Shown here: positions 23,285 through 32,365 of the stretch, one piece after another
Layout: every line of letters starts with the position of its first letter
How positions within the stretch are numbered: the first letter of the stretch is position 1
DNA from: an uncultured Acholeplasmataceae bacterium
GTDB taxonomy: Bacteria > Bacillota_I > Bacilli_A > Acholeplasmatales > Acholeplasmataceae
Direction: 5' to 3'
DNA length: 42,591 nucleotides
Assembly: GCA_964600625.1 (NCBI GenBank)
Contig: CAZRJV010000002.1
Span: 1-42,591, forward strand
Position numbers and translations under genes: made by a program
Notes under the pieces: model-generated
Database searches by the model: none
Seen by the model: the letters and a program-made list of their open reading frames with translations, nothing else
What the model was told of the DNA's origin: nothing

Positions 23285-25696
23285 ATGAAAAAATTAGTTA
23301 CAATTTTAAGTTTAGTTCTCGTTTTTGTTGTGGGTCTTATGACGACCTCGATAAACGCGGCAGTACTACCAGAAAATCCACCAGTAATTGGCGAAGAGTC
23401 AACGGTAACGGATTTTTACTCACATTGGCAACCAGGAATGTTTGGTGCAAACAGATTAAACGATAAAGGTGTCGTAATGGCTCTAACGTCTGGATTTGGT
23501 GCTAGAGCTGGTTTTAGAACACCTTACAACGTCACAGATTTTGAAGCACAGTTTGATTTTTCTTATCTAGATCCTGGTACAGTTGCAATCACATTTTTTG
23601 GTCCACAAGGATCATATATTAGTGGAAATGGAGCAGTTTTATCGATTGAGTTCCTTAAACATACAACTGTGGCTAATAAGTATTTAGTTGCTATTCAAGT
23701 TGGATCTGGATTACATCACGTTTCTTTACCTGAATTCATTCTAGAAGAACAAGGTGATTGGGAAGATGCGGCTTGGAAAGGTTATCAATTAGTAGCAGAA
23801 AATGATATTATAACTTTTTCTATGAAAGAAATAGGTTCAGATGTCTTAGTAACTATTAATGGGCATGAATTCACGGTAGCTTCAAATGTTTTATTTGCTG
23901 AAATGGTTGATAAAACAAGCGTACACTATTTAATAGGTGCACTAAATATAGATAATTCGATTCAAACTGTAACAGCTAATTATATTCTTGATGCACAAAG
24001 AAGAACCTATTATGAAGCAGAAGGTGTGTTTGAAACCTTTAAATCTAATTTAATTGAGTTAGAAACATTATTGTTAGAAGATTTATCAGTTGTCACAAAT
24101 GTTCAAGCAGCTCAAGCTATTAACGCTAATCTTGATATTGATACATTATATGAATTTGACAAAAACTTTTTTAGAGATAGATTAGATGCTGCACAAGCAA
24201 CTTTACAAGCTGCAATTAGTGAGCTTGGTGGGGATATTATTTTAGATGAGTTAGAATCTATCATAGTTCAATTAGAAACAAGAGTAAATGCAATCGTTGA
24301 TTATACCACTGCTAACCAAGCTATCAATCAACTTACAACAGCAAAAGATAAAGAAATTTCTATAGATGATTCTGAATTTACACCTGAACAAGTAACAAGA
24401 TTTGCGGGATTGAGTGAAAGAATTGCTGATGCAGACGCATTAATTATTACCAAAGTTCATGATTTAGCTTTAGCACAAATAGTAGAATTTGAAACCAATG
24501 TTTTAGATCTTTCAACAATTGAAAAAGTTAACATCGCAATAGATTCTAAAAATGCAGTGAGAACAAATCTATTTGCATTATTAGAAGAAGAAATCAGTAC
24601 AGCCTTCACAGCAAGATATGATGCAGCTGTAACTACGTTAACGGATGCTACTAATTCTCAAAGCGGTTGGATTGTTGGGGAAAATACTTACGTTATAGAA
24701 AACAATAATACAATTCAAGCTACTTTCTTTGGTGAAGGTCTCGGTGAAAAAGGTAATGGATTATTTTATGAATTAGAAAAATTTGATGTTAGAAACTTCC
24801 AAATGACGTTAAAAGTTGAATCATTAACTAAAGAAGCAGGTGGATGGATTAGTTTTGGTATTATGGAAAAACCTGAAATTTTCTCAACAGCAGATGATTC
24901 AAGTGTACAAGACAATAAAGGTTTATTTTTCTTAATAATTCCTGAAGGAACAAATGGAGCAAGAATTGAAGTATATATGTTAAGTCTTTATTCTAACCGC
25001 TTCTTTGATGCACAACGTACTGAAATCTTACATGTTACATTAGAAAATGACTTAGTTATTGATTTCTCAACTGTTATGGAAGAAGTATCTGGTGTCATTG
25101 AAGAATATCTTTCAATTAGCATTGGCGGAGATGTAATGGATGCAGATAGAATTACCACACGTGCATTAAAGACGTCATTATCTGATAACTTAGGTCATTT
25201 ATACATTGCAGGTAGTGGAGGAACTAGTTCTTCTAAAAATACCGTTACAATTAAATTAATTAATGGTAAAGACGCTACTGCAGAAGCATTACAACAAGAC
25301 TATATTCCAGAACCATATCTAGTTACTTTAGAAGGTTCATTTGAAAAAGGTAGTTTATCAGATATGAATATTGAATTTTACAATCGAGAATTAGATTTCG
25401 TTGTAAAAGTCAATGGAACAGAATTAGCTGATACTAACTATACATATGCAAACAACGTCCTAAAAATTAAAGCAACTTATTTAGAAACTTTAGAAGTTGG
25501 TGATCACGTTGTTAGTATTGAAACAGAAGGTGGAAACATTACTGTACCATTTACAGTAGATTCAGAACCAGTTGAACCAGAAACACCATCAAATGGCATT
25601 CCATGGGTATGGATATCTGTTGTTGGAGGCTTAATTGTTTTAGGCGCTGCTGGATTTGTAGTTTATACATTTGTTATTAAGAAAAAGAAAGCATAA
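23285..25696 (+). CDS. Large multidomain surface protein with an N-terminal signal peptide and a C-terminal TM anchor (803 aa)
   Basis: GGAGGA RBS before the ATG at 23285. Signal peptide MKKLVTILSLVLVFVVGLMTTSINA. Two beta-rich modules flank a ~230-aa helical Ala/Gln/Glu-rich region. An Ig/X2-like module follows (YLVTLEGSFEKG...VNGTEL...YTYANNVLKIKATYLETLEVGDHVVSIETEGGNITVPFTV), then a Pro/Glu linker. The C-terminal helix is WVWISVVGGLIVLGAAGFVVYTFVIKKKKA. Confidence 0.8.
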   Translation: MKKLVTILSLVLVFVVGLMTTSINAAVLPENPPVIGEESTVTDFYSHWQPGMFGANRLNDKGVVMALTSGFGARAGFRTPYNVTDFEAQFDFSYLDPGTVAITFFGPQGSYISGNGAVLSIEFLKHTTVANKYLVAIQVGSGLHHVSLPEFILEEQGDWEDAAWKGYQLVAENDIITFSMKEIGSDVLVTINGHEFTVASNVLFAEMVDKTSVHYLIGALNIDNSIQTVTANYILDAQRRTYYEAEGVFETFKSNLIELETLLLEDLSVVTNVQAAQAINANLDIDTLYEFDKNFFRDRLDAAQATLQAAISELGGDIILDELESIIVQLETRVNAIVDYTTANQAINQLTTAKDKEISIDDSEFTPEQVTRFAGLSERIADADALIITKVHDLALAQIVEFETNVLDLSTIEKVNIAIDSKNAVRTNLFALLEEEISTAFTARYDAAVTTLTDATNSQSGWIVGENTYVIENNNTIQATFFGEGLGEKGNGLFYELEKFDVRNFQMTLKVESLTKEAGGWISFGIMEKPEIFSTADDSSVQDNKGLFFLIIPEGTNGARIEVYMLSLYSNRFFDAQRTEILHVTLENDLVIDFSTVMEEVSGVIEEYLSISIGGDVMDADRITTRALKTSLSDNLGHLYIAGSGGTSSSKNTVTIKLINGKDATAEALQQDYIPEPYLVTLEGSFEKGSLSDMNIEFYNRELDFVVKVNGTELADTNYTYANNVLKIKATYLETLEVGDHVVSIETEGGNITVPFTVDSEPVEPETPSNGIPWVWISVVGGLIVLGAAGFVVYTFVIKKKKA

Positions 25697-26836
25697 ATGA
25701 AAACAAAAGTAACCTTAAAGCGTTTAATAATGCTATTGGGTTTACTCTTGCCAGCTATACTATTTAGTGCATGTAATAAAAAGTTAACTTATCAATACGG
25801 AGAAAAAGAAATGATTGTTAAGGTATGGGAAGATAATATCATTTACAATGAAACTGTTGTCCTTGAAGATAATGGTACTACTATTAGTGGTCAACTACTA
25901 TTTGAACCAACGGAAATAATTTCTGTTCGTGATTATACACTAGAAAAAGAATACGATATTACGGAATATACTTTTGATAAAAATTTCATTATTCGTAGTG
26001 AAACATCAACAATGCCTTATTTAACTACAGAACAACTTGCAGGAAAAAACCTACCAGAAGAATATGCTTTTAGTACCTATCAAGCAAAAGAACCAGGAAC
26101 TGAAATTATTTTTACTGAAGGCATTGGTATAGTGATGCACCAAATAGCAGTGACATATAAACATGAAGGTAAGTGGACAGGGATAACACCTGTCCACCAA
26201 CCTTTAGCTCTTCAACAATTTAAAGAAAAGTTAGAAGCTGGTTTAGAAGTAACAATTGTTTTAAATGGTGACAGTATTTCTACTGGAGCAAATTCATCTG
26301 GAGTATTAGGTATTAAACCCTACATGGATGATTTTGGTACCATGTTTAAAACATATTTAGAAAATACATATAATAGTAAGGTAAATTTTATTAACACCAG
26401 TCTTGGTGGAACTATGTCATTGTGGGGAAAAGAAAATGTGGATCTAAATGTGAACCAATATCAACCGGATTTAGTTATTATCGGATTCGGAATGAATGAT
26501 GGTTCTTTAGGTGTTAAAGCTAATACATATCATGACAATATTGAATTTATGATTAAGTCAATAAAAGCAAGAAATTCGGATGCGAATATCATTTTAATGC
26601 ATACTATTTATGCAAATCCATTATCGCTTCAAAATCAAAATCAAGAATCATATTTAACAGAACTAGAAAACTTAAAAAAACAATATGGTGTTGCGTTACT
26701 AGATATGGGCAGTATTACTGAAACTATGTATAAAACAAAAAAAGGGGTAGATATATTGGCCAATAATATCAATCACCCAAGCGATTTTTTAGTGAGAATA
26801 TATACAGCTAGTTTAATACACACTTTGGAGGGTTAA
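25697..26836 (+). CDS. SGNH/GDSL hydrolase lipoprotein (putative carbohydrate esterase) with a ~180-aa N-terminal domain of unknown function
   Basis: Lipobox ILFSAC. SGNH block I LNGDSISTG, block III GFGMNDG and block V INHPSD. The ATG abuts the upstream TAA. Confidence 0.8.
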   Translation: MKTKVTLKRLIMLLGLLLPAILFSACNKKLTYQYGEKEMIVKVWEDNIIYNETVVLEDNGTTISGQLLFEPTEIISVRDYTLEKEYDITEYTFDKNFIIRSETSTMPYLTTEQLAGKNLPEEYAFSTYQAKEPGTEIIFTEGIGIVMHQIAVTYKHEGKWTGITPVHQPLALQQFKEKLEAGLEVTIVLNGDSISTGANSSGVLGIKPYMDDFGTMFKTYLENTYNSKVNFINTSLGGTMSLWGKENVDLNVNQYQPDLVIIGFGMNDGSLGVKANTYHDNIEFMIKSIKARNSDANIILMHTIYANPLSLQNQNQESYLTELENLKKQYGVALLDMGSITETMYKTKKGVDILANNINHPSDFLVRIYTASLIHTLEG

Positions 26837-26839
26837 AAA

Positions 26840-29104
26840 TTGTTGGAATATAATGAGAAAAATAATTGTCTAGTAGAATCTAAATATGATATCAAAGATG
26901 AAGCACATAATGCAGCACTTTTTACAACAGGTAATGGGTATTTCGGGATAAGGGGTTCGTTTGAGGAATTTGGGTCTTTAAACGTTCAAGGTGGATTTAT
27001 CAGAGGTTTATTCGATGAGATTGTTGAAATCCCATCAATCTATGTAGATAATATATACATGCGAAAATACTATATCAATGAGCTTGAAGCGAAACAATTT
27101 GAATTTCAAGATTCATGTATCAATTTTGCAGATATTTTATTTTTAAGATTTAAAATAGGTGATTCATACTTCTACCCGTGGGAAGGCCAAATACTTACCT
27201 GGGTAAGATATATTGATACCAATGATGGATCATTAATACGGGAAGTTATATGGCAAGATGAACGTGGTAACAAAACTAAGTTCAACTTCAAACGATTTGC
27301 ATCTTTCTCAAATAATCATCATTACTTTATTACTGCTAAAGTTGAAAAAATGAATCATGATTTACCTATAACCGTAGAATCAGGAATAGATACTTGGATC
27401 AAGACAAATGGGCAGAAAAAATCTAAATTGATTGGTGAGCCAAATCAAAATCAATATCTATTTAGTATGGGTGAAAAATATAACCATCAAAGTGCTGTTT
27501 CACTTCATACAGTTTACAGTTTTAAAGCAGATAAAAGTTATGAAATTAACGATGGATGTTACTATGAATCGCAAACATCAACGAAAGAAAAAATAATTGA
27601 AGTTTTCAAATATGTATCAGTACATATTACACCAGATTTAGAAGAAAATGAATCATTGGTTGAAGTTAATAACAAAGATATGATAGAAATGAAAAAAACA
27701 TCATTTGAAAAACATTATCAAGACCATTTGATGGCGTATAAAACATCATTTGACATGATTAACATTAATCTAAGTCATAAAAGTGATGATGCTTTATTAA
27801 AGTACGCTAATTATCAAACATTAATTGGCATAGATAGATATGATCAAGTACATAGTCTTAGTGCGAAGAACTTGACTGGCGAAAAGTATAATCAATTTGT
27901 TTGGTGGGATGCTGAAATATTTCAATTTCCGGTCTATCTTATGACGAATCCTAATGCAGCGAAAAATACATTAATGTATCGATATAATAGACTAGAAGAA
28001 TCTAAAAAAAATGCACAATTGGAAGGCTTAAAGGGGGCAAAATTTGCTTTCTGCTCATCAGTAAAAGGTGATGAGAAAGTTTGGGCTTACGCAAGACATC
28101 CATTTATGCAAATCCATATTAATTCAGATATTGCTTATGCAATTTTAATGTATTATCGGGTTACAAAAGATACACGCTTTATGATAGAATATGGTATCGA
28201 AATGTTAGTTGAAATCGCTAAGTACTTTATAAGTCGAGTCACATATGACAAAAAAACTGATGAATATTATCTCAACCAAGTTACTGGTACTGATGAACAT
28301 CACCCTTATGTCAATAATAATAGCTATACGAATTTTATCGTTTCTTATATTTTTGAAGAAACAATTAAATGGCTAAATAGTAATGAATCAGTAAAAACAA
28401 GACTTGTGGTGGATGAAATATTAATCAAGCAGATGAATCAGATCGCTTCAAAAATTAGAAAAGTAGTCACTGAAGATGGTTATATTCCTCAATTTGATGG
28501 TTATTTTGATTTAAAGCCAACGCTTGAAGTAACTGGCAATGGTGCTGCTAAAAATTTTCAAATGAAACAATCTGGCCTATACCATGAGTCTCAAATAATT
28601 AAACAACCTGATGTCATCATGCTTTTTACGTATATAGATATTCCAATACTAAAGTCATCTTATGAAAAAAATTGGGATTACTATGAAAAAATGTGCGAAG
28701 CATCGTCTTCATTAACTTATCCAGTTCATGCAATTGCAGCTATTGATCATCAAGAATATGATAAATTTCATGATTATTGGTACAAGAGTGTTGCAATAGA
28801 TATTATTGATAGTCATAATGAAGCAAAATTAGGATTACATGCAGCATGTATAGCTGGTGGTTGGTATAGTATTTTTAGAGGTTTATTTGGGTTTAAACCA
28901 AATATCGATTATCTAGAAGTTAACCCAAAATATTTTGAATATTGGGGAGAGGTTGAAATTCATTTTATTTATCAGGGAAGCAAAGTATATGCACAATTAT
29001 CGAAAGATTCACTAGTTCTTAAGTCAGACGGTACATTTCGGTTGAATTACAATAATAAAGTTATACATCATGACAAATTGACGATGTTAAAGTTAGATGT
29101 ATAA
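26840..29104 (+). CDS. Glycoside hydrolase family 65 protein (probable alpha-glucoside phosphorylase)
   Basis: Its size (754 aa), the N-terminal beta-sandwich start (FTTGNGYFGIRGSFEE) and the (alpha/alpha)6 core with GTDEHH (general-acid Glu region) fit GH65. An SSSLTYPVHA segment is also present. The TTG start lies 7 nt after GGAGGG. It is linked to pgmB. Confidence 0.8.
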   Translation: MLEYNEKNNCLVESKYDIKDEAHNAALFTTGNGYFGIRGSFEEFGSLNVQGGFIRGLFDEIVEIPSIYVDNIYMRKYYINELEAKQFEFQDSCINFADILFLRFKIGDSYFYPWEGQILTWVRYIDTNDGSLIREVIWQDERGNKTKFNFKRFASFSNNHHYFITAKVEKMNHDLPITVESGIDTWIKTNGQKKSKLIGEPNQNQYLFSMGEKYNHQSAVSLHTVYSFKADKSYEINDGCYYESQTSTKEKIIEVFKYVSVHITPDLEENESLVEVNNKDMIEMKKTSFEKHYQDHLMAYKTSFDMININLSHKSDDALLKYANYQTLIGIDRYDQVHSLSAKNLTGEKYNQFVWWDAEIFQFPVYLMTNPNAAKNTLMYRYNRLEESKKNAQLEGLKGAKFAFCSSVKGDEKVWAYARHPFMQIHINSDIAYAILMYYRVTKDTRFMIEYGIEMLVEIAKYFISRVTYDKKTDEYYLNQVTGTDEHHPYVNNNSYTNFIVSYIFEETIKWLNSNESVKTRLVVDEILIKQMNQIASKIRKVVTEDGYIPQFDGYFDLKPTLEVTGNGAAKNFQMKQSGLYHESQIIKQPDVIMLFTYIDIPILKSSYEKNWDYYEKMCEASSSLTYPVHAIAAIDHQEYDKFHDYWYKSVAIDIIDSHNEAKLGLHAACIAGGWYSIFRGLFGFKPNIDYLEVNPKYFEYWGEVEIHFIYQGSKVYAQLSKDSLVLKSDGTFRLNYNNKVIHHDKLTMLKLDV

Positions 29105-29119
29105 GAAAGGAAAGTTTAT

Positions 29120-30610
29120 ATGAAAAAAATCTTTATTTTAATATCTCTAATCGTATTTGGAGGTTTACTAGCTAATTGTGACAATAACAATGGTTATGAT
29201 GGCGAAATTAAAACCATTGTTGTTGATGCTGGGGGAGACATTGGTAATTTTAATACGACGCCAATTATGACTCCATCAGAAGCCAATCCATTTCCATATA
29301 ATACACTAGAAACGTTAGCTAGAGAGTGGGAAGCGTTAAATCCAGGATACAAAATTGAAATTAATAAAACATCTTCTAATGGTGATAGAGCGATTCTCGT
29401 GCCACAATTAAACAATAAAACTGCCCCAGATATCACTTATCAAAATGGAACAGTCGTTAATATGGATTTAGGGAAAGATTACTATGTTGCACTTAATGAT
29501 TATTTAGACAAACCTAATAAATACGTTGAAGGTAATGTAGCATGGAAAGATTTATATATCCCTGAAGAATTAGCACAAAACATGGCATCGGATGGTAAAT
29601 TTTATACTATCACACTTGAAAAAATTCCTGTTGGCATTATGTATAATAAAGAAATTTTAGCTGCAGCAGGTGTTGAAGAAATTCCAAAGACATACGCTGA
29701 ATTTTTGCAAGCCCTAAGTGATATCAAGACTAAAACAGATAAAGAAGCTTATACAACAACATATACATGGTATGATATCGTGTTAGAATCAACAATGTTT
29801 TCAGATATATTGACGGAGTCAGATGTGTTGACTGTCAATGGTAAAATCGATACTGAAGAATTTGTAAGAGCTTTTGATAAAGGAATATGGAATCCAACAC
29901 TTAATGCATTAGGCGCTAACGCAACATTAGAAGGTAATCGATATTATGAATATATTAAAGTTACCAAAATGAAAACAGAATATTATCCAGAAAACTGGCA
30001 AAGTTATGATGCGCATACTAATTTTGTTAATGGAAATTTAGCAATGGTTGAAGTAACAGGTAGAGAAATTAGAAAACTGTCAATTAACAAAAATGTTGAT
30101 TTCGAATGGGGCGTAATGCCTTATCCTGATTTAACAACCGAAACAACAGAGCATGCCTATGCGCCTTCAATTAGAGGTGTAGCGGGTTTAGCCACTCCAT
30201 GGTTTATTACAAATTCTGCAGTTCAAAAAGGTACAGTAGAAGGTGCTGTTGACTTTTTAATGTTCTTGACTGCGCCTGAGAATAATAATCGTTTAATTGG
30301 AGATTTAAAAGGTGGTATTCCTTTAAATCCAGATGCATCAACTGAAATAGCACCATATCTACAAGATTTATTAGATATTTATACAGAAGACAAAGAAGAT
30401 GTTGCTACTAATAATCGTGTATATTGGGGTTCGGTTAACTCATGGGCAATGTTAGGTTATGCATACAACACTGCTTTTATAAAGAGTTTACAAGATATAG
30501 ATAATGGTGTTAAAACACCTGAAGAGGTAGCTAAATCATTGGCTCAAACTATTAAGAATACGGTTCAAGCTTTAAAAATAGAAAATAATTACGATGAAAC
30601 GAAGTGGTAA
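29120..30610 (+). CDS. ABC transporter extracellular solute-binding lipoprotein (CUT1, family 1)
   Basis: Lipobox GGLLANC, 496 aa, sitting directly upstream of MalF/MalG-type permeases. Confidence 0.8.
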   Translation: MKKIFILISLIVFGGLLANCDNNNGYDGEIKTIVVDAGGDIGNFNTTPIMTPSEANPFPYNTLETLAREWEALNPGYKIEINKTSSNGDRAILVPQLNNKTAPDITYQNGTVVNMDLGKDYYVALNDYLDKPNKYVEGNVAWKDLYIPEELAQNMASDGKFYTITLEKIPVGIMYNKEILAAAGVEEIPKTYAEFLQALSDIKTKTDKEAYTTTYTWYDIVLESTMFSDILTESDVLTVNGKIDTEEFVRAFDKGIWNPTLNALGANATLEGNRYYEYIKVTKMKTEYYPENWQSYDAHTNFVNGNLAMVEVTGREIRKLSINKNVDFEWGVMPYPDLTTETTEHAYAPSIRGVAGLATPWFITNSAVQKGTVEGAVDFLMFLTAPENNNRLIGDLKGGIPLNPDASTEIAPYLQDLLDIYTEDKEDVATNNRVYWGSVNSWAMLGYAYNTAFIKSLQDIDNGVKTPEEVAKSLAQTIKNTVQALKIENNYDETKW

Positions 30611-30613
30611 TAA

Positions 30614-31507
30614 ATGAGAAAAAACCAGCATAAAACTAAATATCAGTATCAGGCCTTTTTGTGGCTGTTACCTTCTTTTTCGTTGTTGCTGGTCTTCTCT
30701 TATTATCCTCCAATAAGAACCTTGATTTTCTCGTTTACAAACTCCAATGGTGCTGGTGTAGGTAAATTTATCTTTTTGGATAATTATATTGAATTATTTA
30801 CTTCACAAACTTTCTATAGAAGTGTATTCAATGTTGTTATATTTATTATTGTAGGTATGATTGTTGGTAATTTTGCGACTATTTTGTTGGCAGAATTATT
30901 ATTTAATTTAAAAAGTAAGATAACTAGTTCGTTGTTTAGATATCTTTTCATCATTCCTATCTTAGTGCCATCTGTAGTTATTATATTAATTTGGCAATAT
31001 ATTGTTTTTGCCGGTGGGGATTCGGGGATAGCAAATCGTGTAATTGGTTTCTTTAATATAGGAAATCAAAATTGGTATTTTGATCCTAAATTGGCCCCAA
31101 TTTCAATTATATTAACTGGGTTTCCATGGGTAGCAGGTACTTCGTTTTTGATTTATTTAGCTGGGTTACAAAGTATTCCTCACTCTGTTATTGAAGCATC
31201 TAAATTGGATGGAGCAAATTTATTTCAGAGAATACTTAAAATTGATTTACCTTTATTAAAAGGTCAAATTAAATACTTCGTTGTTATGGGGTTGATTGGT
31301 GGATTACAAAACATTAATATGCAGGTCTTAGTTACTGGAAGTGGACCAGGAACAACAAATGCGACAAATGTGCCTGCGTTTATGTTATATGAAGAAGCTT
31401 TCACTTACGATCGATATGGATACGCATCTGCAATTGGTATGGTAATTTTCTTCATCACGTTAATAATTACAATTTTTAATATGAAAAAATTAAAGGGGAA
31501 TGATTAA
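30614..31507 (+). CDS. Carbohydrate ABC transporter permease (MalF-like)
   Basis: Six TM helices and the EAA-type loop IEASKLDGANLFQRILKIDLPLLK. Confidence 0.85.
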   Translation: MRKNQHKTKYQYQAFLWLLPSFSLLLVFSYYPPIRTLIFSFTNSNGAGVGKFIFLDNYIELFTSQTFYRSVFNVVIFIIVGMIVGNFATILLAELLFNLKSKITSSLFRYLFIIPILVPSVVIILIWQYIVFAGGDSGIANRVIGFFNIGNQNWYFDPKLAPISIILTGFPWVAGTSFLIYLAGLQSIPHSVIEASKLDGANLFQRILKIDLPLLKGQIKYFVVMGLIGGLQNINMQVLVTGSGPGTTNATNVPAFMLYEEAFTYDRYGYASAIGMVIFFITLIITIFNMKKLKGND

Positions 31508-31508
31508 T

Positions 31509-32354
31509 ATGGAGTTTGTTAAATTCATGCGTAAGTATTATGTACAAATCATACTTACTTTAATTATATTGATTCTGTTATTTTTATCTTTTTATCCACT
31601 GTATATGCTACTTATCAAGAGTTTTAAAACTATCTCTGATGATCAAACTAACCCATTTGGATTACCGAAAATTTGGAGCTTTGAAAATTATGAATATGCA
31701 TGGATAGTAATTAAGCCATATTTATTTAATTCATTGTATATAACTATTATTGAAACCATCGGGATTGTTTTCATTGGTTCATTAACAGCTTTTGCTTTCG
31801 TAAGATTCGAGTTTCCATATAAGAATATTATTTTTTACTTAATTATTTCATTATTAATGATTCCTGGAATTGTAACAATTACCAGTCAATATGAATTGGT
31901 TAATAGATTGGGCTTGGTAAATAATCATTGGGGAGTTATTTTGCCTGCTATTTCAGGATCAATTCCATTTGCAACATTTCTTTTGAAAACATCATTCTCA
32001 GGCGTATCAACAGAATTACTGGATGCCGCAACAATAGATGGTGCCTCAGATTTTCAAGTTTATAGACATGTAATGATACCTATTTCGAAACCAATATTAT
32101 GGACACTGGTAATTATTTCTTTTATTGGCGGATGGAATGATTATTTATGGCCATCGTTGGTATTGTTACAAGAAAATTTGCATACATTACCAATTGCATT
32201 AGTTAATTTCACATCTTCATATTATGGAATGACTGGTGGTTATGGTGCACCATTTGCAGCTTATGTGATTTCTAGTTTGCCACTGTTAATTATATTCTTA
32301 TTAGCATCCAAACAATTTATAACCGGTTTAACCAGTGGAAGTATCAAAATGTAA
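31509..32354 (+). CDS. Carbohydrate ABC transporter permease (MalG-like)
   Basis: EAA loop LDAATIDGASDFQVYRHVMIPISKP. The ATG at 31509 lies just after the upstream stop. Confidence 0.85.
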   Translation: MEFVKFMRKYYVQIILTLIILILLFLSFYPLYMLLIKSFKTISDDQTNPFGLPKIWSFENYEYAWIVIKPYLFNSLYITIIETIGIVFIGSLTAFAFVRFEFPYKNIIFYLIISLLMIPGIVTITSQYELVNRLGLVNNHWGVILPAISGSIPFATFLLKTSFSGVSTELLDAATIDGASDFQVYRHVMIPISKPILWTLVIISFIGGWNDYLWPSLVLLQENLHTLPIALVNFTSSYYGMTGGYGAPFAAYVISSLPLLIIFLLASKQFITGLTSGSIKM

Positions 32355-32365
32355 AGGAGTTTACT

